Source: an uncultured Bacteroidales bacterium (GTDB lineage: Bacteria > Bacteroidota > Bacteroidia > Bacteroidales > CAZJKL01). Taken from it: a stretch of DNA of 64,000 nucleotides. Each line of letters starts with the position of its first letter. Positions within the stretch are counted from its first letter, which is position 1. The stretch lies in the NCBI GenBank assembly GCA_964546655.1, contig CAZJKL010000005.1:8220-72219 (forward strand). Direction: 5' to 3'. Both the position numbers and the translations under genes were made by a program. Under the pieces are notes generated by a model. It had not been told where the DNA came from and made no database searches. It saw only the letters and a list, made by a program, of their open reading frames with translations. This document shows, piece after piece, positions 35,729 through 44,797 of this stretch.

Positions 35729-36544
35729 ATGAATAGTCTTAAAAATAAAGTTATAATAATTACTGGAGCTTCTTCGGGTATTGGTGAAGCTTGTGCTTAT
35801 GAATTTGCTAATCAGGGGTGTAAAATTGTTTTAGCTGCTCGTAATATCGAAAAATTAAAAGTTATTGAAAACGATTTATTGAAAAAAAACATTGAGGTTT
35901 TATCAGTTAAAACAGATGTTGAAAAAGAAGAAGATTGCAAAAACCTTATCGAAAAAACTATTGAAAAGTTCGGCCATATAGATATTATGCTAAATAATGC
36001 AGGTATTTCAATGAGAGCATTATTTAATGAAGTTGATTTAAATGTTCTTAAAAAAGTCATGGATATAAATTTTTGGGGTACAGTTTATTGTACAAAATAT
36101 GCCCTTCCTTATGTCTTAGAACAAAAAGGCTCTATTATAGGCGTGTCTTCAATCGCAGGATATAAAGGTTTACCTGGTAGAACAGGTTATTCGGCTTCAA
36201 AATTTGCTATGCATGGCTTTCTAGAAACTATTAGAATTGAAAATTTAAATAATGGATTACACGTTTTAATTGCTTGTCCTGGTTTTACTGCCTCAAATAT
36301 TAGAAATACTGCTTTAAATAAAGAAGGCAATATGCAAGGTGAATCGCCTCGAGACGAAGATAAAATGATGTCATCAGAAGAAGTTGCAAAACACTTTGTT
36401 AATGCCATATTAAAACGAAAAATAAAATTGGTTTTAACTACTCAAGGAAAATTATTAGTGTTTTTAAATAAATTCTTCCCTAAATTAGTTGATAAACTAG
36501 TTTATAGCCACATGGCAAAAGAAAAAAATGCTCCTATTAAATAA
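35729..36544 (+). CDS. SDR family oxidoreductase
   Basis: Carries TGASSGIG (cofactor), NNAG and YSASK (catalytic) motifs. The start is set at ATG 35729 (MNSLKNKVIIITG) rather than the upstream TTG at 35696. Confidence 0.9.
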   Translation: MNSLKNKVIIITGASSGIGEACAYEFANQGCKIVLAARNIEKLKVIENDLLKKNIEVLSVKTDVEKEEDCKNLIEKTIEKFGHIDIMLNNAGISMRALFNEVDLNVLKKVMDINFWGTVYCTKYALPYVLEQKGSIIGVSSIAGYKGLPGRTGYSASKFAMHGFLETIRIENLNNGLHVLIACPGFTASNIRNTALNKEGNMQGESPRDEDKMMSSEEVAKHFVNAILKRKIKLVLTTQGKLLVFLNKFFPKLVDKLVYSHMAKEKNAPIK

Positions 36545-36556
36545 AATCAGAAAAAA

Positions 36557-37063
36557 ATGAGAATATTTTTAATTGGTTATATGGGTTCAGGTAAAACAAC
36601 TTTAGGAAATCTGTTGGCATTAACCGTAAAATATAAATTTATTGATTTAGATAAATATATTGAAAATAAAACTAATAAATCAATTGCTAAAATATTCGAA
36701 GAAAACGGAGAAAATTATTTCAGAGATATTGAAAAAAAATATCTTCACGAAGCTTGTGATACAGATAATATTATTATTTCAACCGGAGGTGGAACTCCTT
36801 GCTTTTTTGACAATATTGATTTTATGAATAAAAATGGAATATCTATTTATTTAAAAGTAAAACCCGAAGTTCTAATAACCCGATTAAAAAACGAAAAAAA
36901 CAAAAGACCGTTAATAAAAGATAAATCTGATGAAGAATTATTAATTTTTATTAATGAAATGCTTAATAAACGCGAATTGTATTACAATAAAGCTACTTAT
37001 ATAATTAATGGAGAAACCCCTAATATTAATAGTATAATAAATTTATTAAATATAGAATCTTAA
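36557..37063 (+). CDS. aroK: shikimate kinase
   Basis: 168 aa with Walker A GYMGSGKTT, a D..IE block and STGGG. Confidence 0.9.
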   Translation: MRIFLIGYMGSGKTTLGNLLALTVKYKFIDLDKYIENKTNKSIAKIFEENGENYFRDIEKKYLHEACDTDNIIISTGGGTPCFFDNIDFMNKNGISIYLKVKPEVLITRLKNEKNKRPLIKDKSDEELLIFINEMLNKRELYYNKATYIINGETPNINSIINLLNIES

Positions 37064-37101
37064 CTATTTATTTAATTTTAATAGTCTTAATATTATTTTT
37101 T

Positions 37102-37109
37102 TATATTTG
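37102..37109 (+). promoter_or_regulatory. candidate -7 box TATATTTG
   Basis: Lies 25 nt upstream of the ATG at 37134. It overlaps the track's TTG start at 37107, which argues for the later start. Confidence 0.45.
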
Positions 37110-37133
37110 CAAAAACTTTTAAAAAATATACTT

Positions 37134-38600
37134 ATGAAAAATGCAATTTTAATTCTCATTATTTTTTTAATTCCCTTCATTTCTTTTTCACAAGATACTG
37201 CTAAGGTTGAGAAAAAGCCTAAACTTAGCAAAGAAGAAAAGCTAAGAATTAAAGAAGAAAAGTTAAAAGCTAAATCAGAAAAAATTAAAGCAAAACAAAC
37301 TGCTTTAGAAGAAAAGAAACAAAAAAACAATGATAAAAGTACTGAAACAGCTAAGCCGGTTACTGCCGATGCTCCTAAGCCTGGAATTACTTTTAGCGGA
37401 TATGTTAAAAATGATGTTTATTATGATACAAGACAAGTTATAGCTTTAAGAGAAGGGTTCTTATTACTATATCCAACTGACGCTTCTTATGATGCTAATA
37501 AGAAAGATATAAATAATACTCCAAATTTAAATATGTTGGCTATTCAAACAAGACTTACAGGTAAAATTACTGGACCTGATGCTTTTGGTGCAAAAACTTC
37601 TGGAGTTATTGAAGCTGAATTTTTAGGAACAACTGAAGCCGACATTAATGGTTTTAGATTAAGACATGCGTATGCAAAATTAACTTGGAAAAAAGCTGAA
37701 TTATTAGCTGGTCAAACATGGAATGGTTTCTTTAATATCGATTGTTTCCCTGGTTCAATCTCATTTAATACAGGTGTTCCTATTAAACCTTTTTCAAGAA
37801 ACCCACAAATTAGATTAACAAGATATTTTGGTAAATTTAGCGTTGCTGGTTTAGCTTTATCTCAAAGAGATTTTTCTAGTAGCGGACCTTTAGGTTCTAG
37901 TTCAAATTATTTAAGAAATTCTGTTTTACCAATTCTTCAATTAAATGCTCAATATAAATCAGAAAAATTCTTAATTGGTGTTCATGGCGAGTACAAATCT
38001 TTAACTCCTAGATTAATTACCGATAGTGCTATTTATACAAATAAAAAAATAAATAGTGTTGCTTTTTCTGGTTATATTAAAGTAAAAACTAAACCTATTA
38101 CTATTAAAGCTGAAGGATGTTGGGGTCAAAACATGACAGATCTTCTTATGTTAGGTGGTTATGCTAAGAAAAACTGGAATAATGGCGATTTAACTGTATC
38201 TGCAGATGAACTAGCTGATTCAACTAATATTGCAACTAAAAACGATTTTGAATATACTAACCTATCTACGGTTGCTGGTTGGATTGATATTAATACAAAT
38301 GGAACTAAATATATTTTTGGATTGTTTGGTGGCTACACACAAAATTTAGGTTCTCTAAGTAATATTTTAGACTGGAATAATTCAAGCTCTTACTATTCAA
38401 GAGGTAACAATATAAAATATATTTATAGAGTTGCTCCAAGATTTGAATACGTTTCAGGAAAAACTACTTTAGCTTTTGAAACTGAATATACTGTTGCTGC
38501 TTATGGAAAAGTTTCAGAATTAAACAGCATTGGCGTAGTTCAAAATGCTAAAGAAATTGGTAACTTTAGACTTTTAGGTTCTATAATTTATAAATTTTAA
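37134..38600 (+). CDS. putative porin with N-terminal coiled coil (DcaP-like)
   Basis: Signal peptide, then a Lys/Glu coiled coil (KEEKLRIKEEKLKAKSEKIKAKQ), then about 400 aa of alternating beta-strand pattern ending in an aromatic residue (IYKF). Confidence 0.55.
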   Translation: MKNAILILIIFLIPFISFSQDTAKVEKKPKLSKEEKLRIKEEKLKAKSEKIKAKQTALEEKKQKNNDKSTETAKPVTADAPKPGITFSGYVKNDVYYDTRQVIALREGFLLLYPTDASYDANKKDINNTPNLNMLAIQTRLTGKITGPDAFGAKTSGVIEAEFLGTTEADINGFRLRHAYAKLTWKKAELLAGQTWNGFFNIDCFPGSISFNTGVPIKPFSRNPQIRLTRYFGKFSVAGLALSQRDFSSSGPLGSSSNYLRNSVLPILQLNAQYKSEKFLIGVHGEYKSLTPRLITDSAIYTNKKINSVAFSGYIKVKTKPITIKAEGCWGQNMTDLLMLGGYAKKNWNNGDLTVSADELADSTNIATKNDFEYTNLSTVAGWIDINTNGTKYIFGLFGGYTQNLGSLSNILDWNNSSSYYSRGNNIKYIYRVAPRFEYVSGKTTLAFETEYTVAAYGKVSELNSIGVVQNAKEIGNFRLLGSIIYKF

Positions 38601-38618
38601 TATTATAAAAAGAAATAA

Positions 38619-39050
38619 GTGAAAACCATTATTCCTCTAAACATAGCTAAAATAGATAATGATGGGTTTCACTTATTTATTAATGTTACCATTAATCGTA
38701 AAAAAGTTAATGTTGTTATTGACACAGGTGCATCTCAATCAGCTTTTGATGAAGATAAAATAGCTGAAATTATTTCTAAAAAAAACAAAATCAACGATTT
38801 AGATAAACTATCAACAGGTCTTGGTTCAAATACCCTCTCGGTAAAAACTACAGTTTTAAAAAGTCTTAAAGTAGGAAAATTATCTTTAATAAATTATAAT
38901 GCAATAGTTCTTGATATGTCACATATTAATTCTTCTTACGAAAAAATTAATATGCCTCATATTACGGGTGTTATTGGTGGTGATATTTTATTTAATTATA
39001 ATGCTGTTATTGATTACAAAAATAAAAAACTAATATTAGAAGACATTTAA
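38619..39050 (+). CDS. retropepsin-like (clan AA) aspartic protease
   Basis: 143 aa with a GTG start, the VIDTGAS active-site motif and a C-terminal GVIGGDIL flap-like block. Confidence 0.7.
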   Translation: MKTIIPLNIAKIDNDGFHLFINVTINRKKVNVVIDTGASQSAFDEDKIAEIISKKNKINDLDKLSTGLGSNTLSVKTTVLKSLKVGKLSLINYNAIVLDMSHINSSYEKINMPHITGVIGGDILFNYNAVIDYKNKKLILEDI

Positions 39051-39061
39051 CTTTTTCTACC

Positions 39062-40882
39062 ATGCTTAATAAAAGTTACTTCCACTATATTCTTATCTCA
39101 TTAATTGCTATTGTATTTTATGCTCAAACATTTAATTATGGTTATGTTTTAGACGATTTTATTGTTATAACAGGGAATAATTACACTCTCAAAGGTGTTG
39201 ATGGATTTTATGATATTTTTTCTAATGATGCTTTTAAGGGAGCTTATGGCGAACAACTTGATTTAACAGGTGGCAGATACCGACCTCTTTCAATTTTTAC
39301 TTTTGCTTTAGGTTACGACATGTGGGGCTTAAATCCTATGCCTGAGCATATTATAAATGTTTTGTTATTTGCTTTAACTGGTATTTTAATTTATATATTT
39401 ATAAGAAAAATTGATTCTGAAAACAATTATTGGCTTGCCTTAATTACTGCTGTTTTATTTGTCTCTCATCCTATTCATACCGAAGTTGTAGCAAATATTA
39501 AAAGCCGTGACGAAATTCTCGTCCTTATTTTTGGATTATTAACATTGTATTTTATTCTTAGTAAAAGCCGTTTCTCATTCTATTTAAGTTTAATAACTTT
39601 TATTTTTGGAATCTTTTCTAAAGAAAACTTTATTACTCTTATTGCTATTATTCCTATTGTTTTATATCTGTTTTCTAATTATTCAAATAAAGAAATAATT
39701 TTTAAATCTTCTGTTTTTTTAGGAATAACTATTTTGTTTTTAATTTTAAGAAATAATTTGGTTGGTATTGTCGGAGATAAGGGTGCAACTCAATTAATAG
39801 ATAACCCTTATTTATTAGCTTCTTTTAACGAAAAAACAGCTACAATTTTTTATACTTTAGGTAAGTATATTCAACTTCTTTTTTACCCTCATCCCCTATC
39901 TTCCGATTATTCTTTTAATTCTATACCTTTAATTAATTGGACTTCTTTTAAAGCAATCTTTTCTTTGTTACTTAATATTTCTTTGTTTATTTATGGAATA
40001 TATTTAATTGTTAAGAAAAAACATAAGGTTATTGCATTTGGAATTTTATTCTATTTTATTACTCTTTCAATAGCGTCTAATTTAGTTTTTAATATTGGAA
40101 CCTCTATGGGCGAACGTTTTATTTATTTGTCATCTTTTGGTTTTTGTATAGCTATTGCAAGTTTATTTCAGACTTATTTTAAATTTCTTTCGCAGAAATC
40201 TATTGAATTTAATTTTAAATGGATTTTACCTGTATTGCTAATTGTTATTATATTTTTCAATAAAACTTATAGTCGAAACAAGGCTTGGGAAAGCAATTAT
40301 ACTTTATATAAAACCGACTCTAAAATTGTTCCTAATAGTGCAAGAGTTCGTTTGTTTTATGGAATTGAATTAATAAATAGATACGATAAATATAAGAATA
40401 TCGAAGATATTAACAAAGCTATTAGCGAGATTACAGTAGCCGCTCAAATTGAACCTAATTTTTTTCATTCTCATTATAACTTAGGCGTTGCTTATCAAAA
40501 AATTGAAAACTATGATATGGCAATAAAATCATTTACCAGAGTTTTAGAAATTCAACCTTATCATATTCAATCAACCGTTGAGCTTGGAGTATGTTATGGC
40601 AAAGGTAAAGGTGATGCAAAAAATGCAATTTTTTACCTTAAAAAAGCTATTTTTGAATACAAACAAAACAAACCCGAATATTATGACTATCTTGGTATTT
40701 CATATAGTTTAAATGGTGAATTCGAAAAATCTATAAATACTTTTTCAGAAGGCATTAAAATGTATCCAGAAAGTGCTTCATTATATCGGAATTTAGCTGT
40801 AACTTATTATAATATAAACCAACCTGATAAAGGTGATTTTTATATAAATAAAGCTAAATTATTAGATCCTAATATTAAGTAA
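39062..40882 (+). CDS. TMTC/PMT_2-like GT-C membrane glycosyltransferase with C-terminal TPR repeats
   Basis: 606 aa. The N-terminal block LDDF...GGRYRPLS...H..NV is followed by about 10 TM segments and then TPR repeats. A paralog begins at 63643. Confidence 0.6.
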   Translation: MLNKSYFHYILISLIAIVFYAQTFNYGYVLDDFIVITGNNYTLKGVDGFYDIFSNDAFKGAYGEQLDLTGGRYRPLSIFTFALGYDMWGLNPMPEHIINVLLFALTGILIYIFIRKIDSENNYWLALITAVLFVSHPIHTEVVANIKSRDEILVLIFGLLTLYFILSKSRFSFYLSLITFIFGIFSKENFITLIAIIPIVLYLFSNYSNKEIIFKSSVFLGITILFLILRNNLVGIVGDKGATQLIDNPYLLASFNEKTATIFYTLGKYIQLLFYPHPLSSDYSFNSIPLINWTSFKAIFSLLLNISLFIYGIYLIVKKKHKVIAFGILFYFITLSIASNLVFNIGTSMGERFIYLSSFGFCIAIASLFQTYFKFLSQKSIEFNFKWILPVLLIVIIFFNKTYSRNKAWESNYTLYKTDSKIVPNSARVRLFYGIELINRYDKYKNIEDINKAISEITVAAQIEPNFFHSHYNLGVAYQKIENYDMAIKSFTRVLEIQPYHIQSTVELGVCYGKGKGDAKNAIFYLKKAIFEYKQNKPEYYDYLGISYSLNGEFEKSINTFSEGIKMYPESASLYRNLAVTYYNINQPDKGDFYINKAKLLDPNIK

Positions 40883-40890
40883 TTAGTATT

Positions 40891-41793
40891 CTACTTTACA
40901 AACTCTTCTATTAAATGATATTTACTTGGGTGAACAAAGAAACAGTTTCTTACACCATTATCTTCTTTTCTTATTATACTTTCAAATTTTACTAATCCTT
41001 TATCTTCTATATGATTGTAAAATTCATATCCATAAGATTTAAATATACGTTCTAAATCAGCTTCAATTGTATTAAACAAAGTTTCGCATATAATTATAGG
41101 CTTCATCTCCCCTAAAACTATATTTGCATTTTCTAAAATTAAATTTTCAGTGCCTTCAGTATCAATTTTCACTAAATCGATTTTGTTTTCATTTGCTTTA
41201 GTTATATACTGATCAAAAGTTGTTGTTTTAACTTCGTTTGGAATATAATTTCTTCCTATTGTTTTTGTGCCGGCATTACTTTCTCCGGCTAAATTGTGTG
41301 TTAAATATTTATATTTTTTATTCTTAATTTCATAAAAAGTAATTTCACCTTCTTTATGAGATAATGCTAATGATTCTACATTAATATTTTTAAAATCATT
41401 TATCATAACATTTTCCATAAAATAATACAATGGGCCTGTAGCTGGTTCAAAACCAACTACTTTTATGTTTTTATTTTCAAATGCAGCAAGCAATGAATAA
41501 TAACCGATGTTTGCTCCAATATCATAAAAAACATTAACTTTTTTTATAAGTTTTACGAAAATATCGGTATATTCAAAGTTGAGATATCCATTCCAAAAAA
41601 CTAATTGTGTTAAATAATTAGTTTGGTTTGTTTTTATTTTAAGTGTTTTGCCTTCTTCGTTTTTAATTTTAAGAATTCCTGTTGGCGGAATTCTTAGTTT
41701 TTCAGGTAAAATTGGTTTAAATATTTTACTAATATTTCTGAGCAATATATTAATATTGTTATTGTAAATAATTTTATAAAAAATTTGTATCAT
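40891..41793 (-). CDS. FkbM family methyltransferase
   Basis: 300 aa with the FYDIGANIGYYSL SAM motif and a later IDLVKIDTEG block. Confidence 0.8.
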   Translation of the reverse strand: MIQIFYKIIYNNNINILLRNISKIFKPILPEKLRIPPTGILKIKNEEGKTLKIKTNQTNYLTQLVFWNGYLNFEYTDIFVKLIKKVNVFYDIGANIGYYSLLAAFENKNIKVVGFEPATGPLYYFMENVMINDFKNINVESLALSHKEGEITFYEIKNKKYKYLTHNLAGESNAGTKTIGRNYIPNEVKTTTFDQYITKANENKIDLVKIDTEGTENLILENANIVLGEMKPIIICETLFNTIEADLERIFKSYGYEFYNHIEDKGLVKFESIIRKEDNGVRNCFFVHPSKYHLIEEFVK

Positions 41794-41821
41794 ATTATTC
41801 TAGATTTTTTTTTAACAAATC

Positions 41822-41829
41822 CAAAACTA
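41822..41829 (-). promoter_or_regulatory. candidate -7 box (TAGTTTTG on minus strand)
   Basis: The plus strand reads CAAAACTA, 29 nt upstream of the FkbM ATG. Confidence 0.35.
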
Positions 41830-41929
41830 AAACAATTATTTTAATTCTCCAAATGTGTATAAAAATGAAATATTTTAAAAAACATATAAATCAATTCTAG
41901 TTTTAATTTATCGATTAAAATAAATAAAT

Positions 41930-41937
41930 TATATTTG
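41930..41937 (+). promoter_or_regulatory. candidate -7 box TATATTTG
   Basis: Lies 21 nt upstream of the ATG at 41958. Confidence 0.45.
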
Positions 41938-41957
41938 AATTATAAAAATATAAAATC

Positions 41958-42920
41958 ATGAAAAGAGCAACATTAATTTTAACTTTTATTGCTATTATTC
42001 TATCAGTAAAATCGCAAGAAAAAATTTACTTAAACTATTTCAGTACCGAGAATGTATATTGGGAATATCAGAGTAGTGTAACAAAAATATTCAAAAATTT
42101 TATAATAAACGAAGGAAAATATTCGGTTATTATTCCAGAAAAAACCGATTCTATTTATCCCGATGAACCTTTTGAAATAACTAAACAAAAAGCACAAGTA
42201 GCAGAAGCAAAATATTTTATAATTGGAGAATTAAATGCATTAAATGAAGTTTTAATTTTTTCAATAACAATGTACAATACATCAGATGGAACAAAGGTAT
42301 GGAGCGATATATTAAAAGCTAAGTCACCTGACGACCTTGACCCTATTTTAACTAAAATAGCCAAAACACTAGGAACCGAAAACAAATCATCGCAAGATGG
42401 AGACATTTATAATGTAACTAATTATGAAGCTGAACAATTAAAAAAAGTTGAAGCAACTTTAAATTACGGATTGACTATTAATGGAGGGTATTGTTATATA
42501 GAAGGCGTTAAAAACATGTTTCTTTCTGGGTTTGGAGGAATAGTTAGTTATGATTTAAGAGATATTATAGCTGATATTGAAGGTAATATTTATTTGGGAG
42601 ATGTAGATATTTATTACATTTCTATTAATGGCCTTTATCCTTTTAAATACAGTAAAAATACTCCATTTTTAGGAGGTGGCGTTTCGTTTAGCTCTATATG
42701 CTACGAAAAAGAAGTTAAAAAGAATTCTCTTTATGAAGATTATTACTATACAAGTCATATTTCATCAAAAGGCTTGGCTTTTATTGTAAAAGGTGGTTAT
42801 ATTTTTAACCGTATTGGAAATACAAATTTAAGATTATCTGGCTCTTTAATAATTCCAACTTACGAAGTAGGAACAAGATACCCTTTAGGATTTGGCATTG
42901 GAGCAACTATATTATTTTAA
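41958..42920 (+). CDS. hypothetical secreted protein (LpoB/CsgG-like N-domain plus beta-barrel-like C-half)
   Basis: 320 aa with a signal peptide. AKYFIIGELNALNEVLIFSITMYNTSDGTKVWSD resembles LpoB/CsgG-type folds. The C-terminus is Gly/aromatic-rich and ends ILF. Confidence 0.4.
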   Translation: MKRATLILTFIAIILSVKSQEKIYLNYFSTENVYWEYQSSVTKIFKNFIINEGKYSVIIPEKTDSIYPDEPFEITKQKAQVAEAKYFIIGELNALNEVLIFSITMYNTSDGTKVWSDILKAKSPDDLDPILTKIAKTLGTENKSSQDGDIYNVTNYEAEQLKKVEATLNYGLTINGGYCYIEGVKNMFLSGFGGIVSYDLRDIIADIEGNIYLGDVDIYYISINGLYPFKYSKNTPFLGGGVSFSSICYEKEVKKNSLYEDYYYTSHISSKGLAFIVKGGYIFNRIGNTNLRLSGSLIIPTYEVGTRYPLGFGIGATILF

Positions 42921-42924
42921 ATAA

Positions 42925-43320
42925 ATGCAAAATACAATTAAAATAATATTGTTTTTATTAATAATTTCTTTTTCATATAGTTGTGGACAGACTTTAATTA
43001 TTGCAAATAATAAAAATCATGAAATATATGTAAATAATGTTTGCAAAGGTAAAGGCGAAGCAAAAATAATAAGAACAGGGACCCCTAAAAAAATTATTAT
43101 AGAAGCACGAGATAATGGGACGGTTGTTTCTCGTAAAATTGTTAAAAGAAAATTTAAGTTTTCAACTTTTTTAATTGGATATTGCACCTATGGTGTAGGA
43201 GCTTTATTTGCATTGAAATACCCTGAACAAATTCTATTAATAGAGAGTAATAACATTATTCCAGCTACAAAAAACACGAGTATATGGAAAAAACCTTCTC
43301 AAAATTGGAATAAAAAATAA
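42925..43320 (+). CDS. hypothetical lipoprotein with one C-terminal TM segment
   Basis: 131 aa with lipobox SYSCG, a short PEGA-like beta segment and the TM segment FLIGYCTYGVGALFAL. Confidence 0.4.
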   Translation: MQNTIKIILFLLIISFSYSCGQTLIIANNKNHEIYVNNVCKGKGEAKIIRTGTPKKIIIEARDNGTVVSRKIVKRKFKFSTFLIGYCTYGVGALFALKYPEQILLIESNNIIPATKNTSIWKKPSQNWNKK

Positions 43321-43348
43321 TTTCACTAGAAATAATATCTAAAATATT

Positions 43349-44431
43349 ATGAATAAACGCAAATTAAAAAAAGCATTAACAAGAATAATAAACCTACCTC
43401 TTAATAAATATTTGTTTTTATATATTATAAATAAACTTAAGCACTTTTATTTTAAAGCTATAAAATCTACTAAAGTAGCTTACCCTTCAACTATAATGTT
43501 AGAATTGACTAACCAATGTAATCTTGCTTGTACTATTTGCCCTAGAGAATACGAGTATGGTAAGTCGATGGATAAAGGACAAATGAACGTTGAATCAGCA
43601 AAAAAAATTATAGATGAATTATGGCCTTATTTAGATTCTATTGGATTAACCGGAATGGGTGAAACATTTTTATATAAAGAAATTGAAGAAGTTGTTGATT
43701 ATATAAAGATGAAAAACAAAGGGATTATAATTTCAGTATCAACTAATGCTGTTTTACCAGATTTTATTGAAAAAGTTTCTGGTTTGATTGGAAAAATTGA
43801 CACAATTCAAATATCAATTGATGGTTTAAATAATGTTTACGAAAGCATTAGAAAAAATGCTACTTTCAAAAAATTAGACGAGAACTTGCGATTGCTGTCG
43901 AAAATATCAACAAACAAAGGAACCGATTTAATGTTGAATATGGTTGTAACAAAAGAGAATTATATTCACATGCCTTTATTAGTTAAATATGCCGAAGAAG
44001 TTGGAATTAAATATATGGATTTCACTTTATTTAACCTTGCTTCTGTAACAAACATAGACCGTTCTTATTATGATTTTTATAAATCTATAGAATTCTCGAA
44101 TGTTCTTAGTGAATTAGAAGAAACAATAAACAATACTCCTAATGTTTTAGTTACTGAACGAAATTTTAGAACAGATAACAGTTTTAAAAAATGCCCTTTC
44201 CCTTGGACACATTTTTATATTTGTTGGAATGGATTTATTACTCCTTGCTGTGCTAAACCTTTCCCTAAAGAATTAAATTTTGGAAATGTATTTAACGATA
44301 AAGTTATTAATGTTTTAAATAGTTCTAGCTATAGAAAATTTAGAACTTTATGGTATGAGAATAAGACTCCTGACTTTTGTAATAAATGCCATTTTATTGA
44401 CATAGAACCAATAAATGATTGTTCTGTATAA
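43349..44431 (+). CDS. radical SAM / SPASM-domain protein
   Basis: 360 aa with CNLACTIC (CxxxCxxC) and a C-terminal Cys cluster (CPFPW...C....PCC...FCNKC) typical of SPASM/twitch auxiliary Fe-S domains. Confidence 0.85.
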   Translation: MNKRKLKKALTRIINLPLNKYLFLYIINKLKHFYFKAIKSTKVAYPSTIMLELTNQCNLACTICPREYEYGKSMDKGQMNVESAKKIIDELWPYLDSIGLTGMGETFLYKEIEEVVDYIKMKNKGIIISVSTNAVLPDFIEKVSGLIGKIDTIQISIDGLNNVYESIRKNATFKKLDENLRLLSKISTNKGTDLMLNMVVTKENYIHMPLLVKYAEEVGIKYMDFTLFNLASVTNIDRSYYDFYKSIEFSNVLSELEETINNTPNVLVTERNFRTDNSFKKCPFPWTHFYICWNGFITPCCAKPFPKELNFGNVFNDKVINVLNSSSYRKFRTLWYENKTPDFCNKCHFIDIEPINDCSV

Positions 44432-44469
44432 CTTATTTGAAATATAGCATTATGTAGCTTTTCTTTTTT

Positions 44470-44709
44470 CTGACTTCCTAAAATTAACACCCAAAATTAA
44501 TCAAATGAGACCGTTGTTAAATCCTTTACTCTTCGTTACTTTAAAAATTTAATCTCCTCATTAACAGATGTTAACTCCGGGATTAAATTATTAAAAAGCC
44601 TCGATTAAAGAATTTTGCAACAGTCTCCAAATATTTTTTTTTAACATGTTAATTGTCTGATGTTTATAAAAAAACAATCTCTTAAATTTAGAAAATGTGC
44701 GGAAGTCAG
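44470..44709. repeat. ~240-bp long imperfect palindrome (MITE-like or structured element)
   Basis: Perfect 9-bp termini ctgacttcc/ggaagtcag. Internal arms gagaccgttgttaaatcctttactcttcg versus the reverse complement gagactgttgcaaaattctttaatcgagg. Central pairing ttaatc(tc)c/gggattaa surrounds ttaacagatgttaac. The right arm carries about 46 extra nt. Confidence 0.7.
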
Positions 44710-44734
44710 GAGAAATATCTTCACTTACTTGAAA

Positions 44735-44776
44735 AATAAATTTAATAGGGGAGTGTGAATTATTTTATTCCCTTAA
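44735..44776 (-). terminator. possible terminator of the exopolysaccharide-like operon
   Basis: On the minus strand, taaggga/tccccta forms a 7-bp stem with 1 mismatch, followed by a T-rich tract, 22 nt after the stop at 44798. Confidence 0.3.
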
Positions 44777-44797
44777 TATAGATTGATATTTAAAAAA

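Noticed and set aside
37064-37330. 88-aa minus-strand ORF overlapping the porin start.
   Set aside because: It is antisense to the Lys/Glu coiled-coil region (complementary Phe/Leu/Ser low complexity) and overlaps the porin promoter box.
41794-44797. A RiPP precursor peptide for the radical SAM/SPASM enzyme.
   Set aside because: I saw no short Cys/Ser/Thr-rich ORF adjacent to the enzyme. The small Cys-rich lipoprotein at 21453 is 22 kb away and has its own partner.
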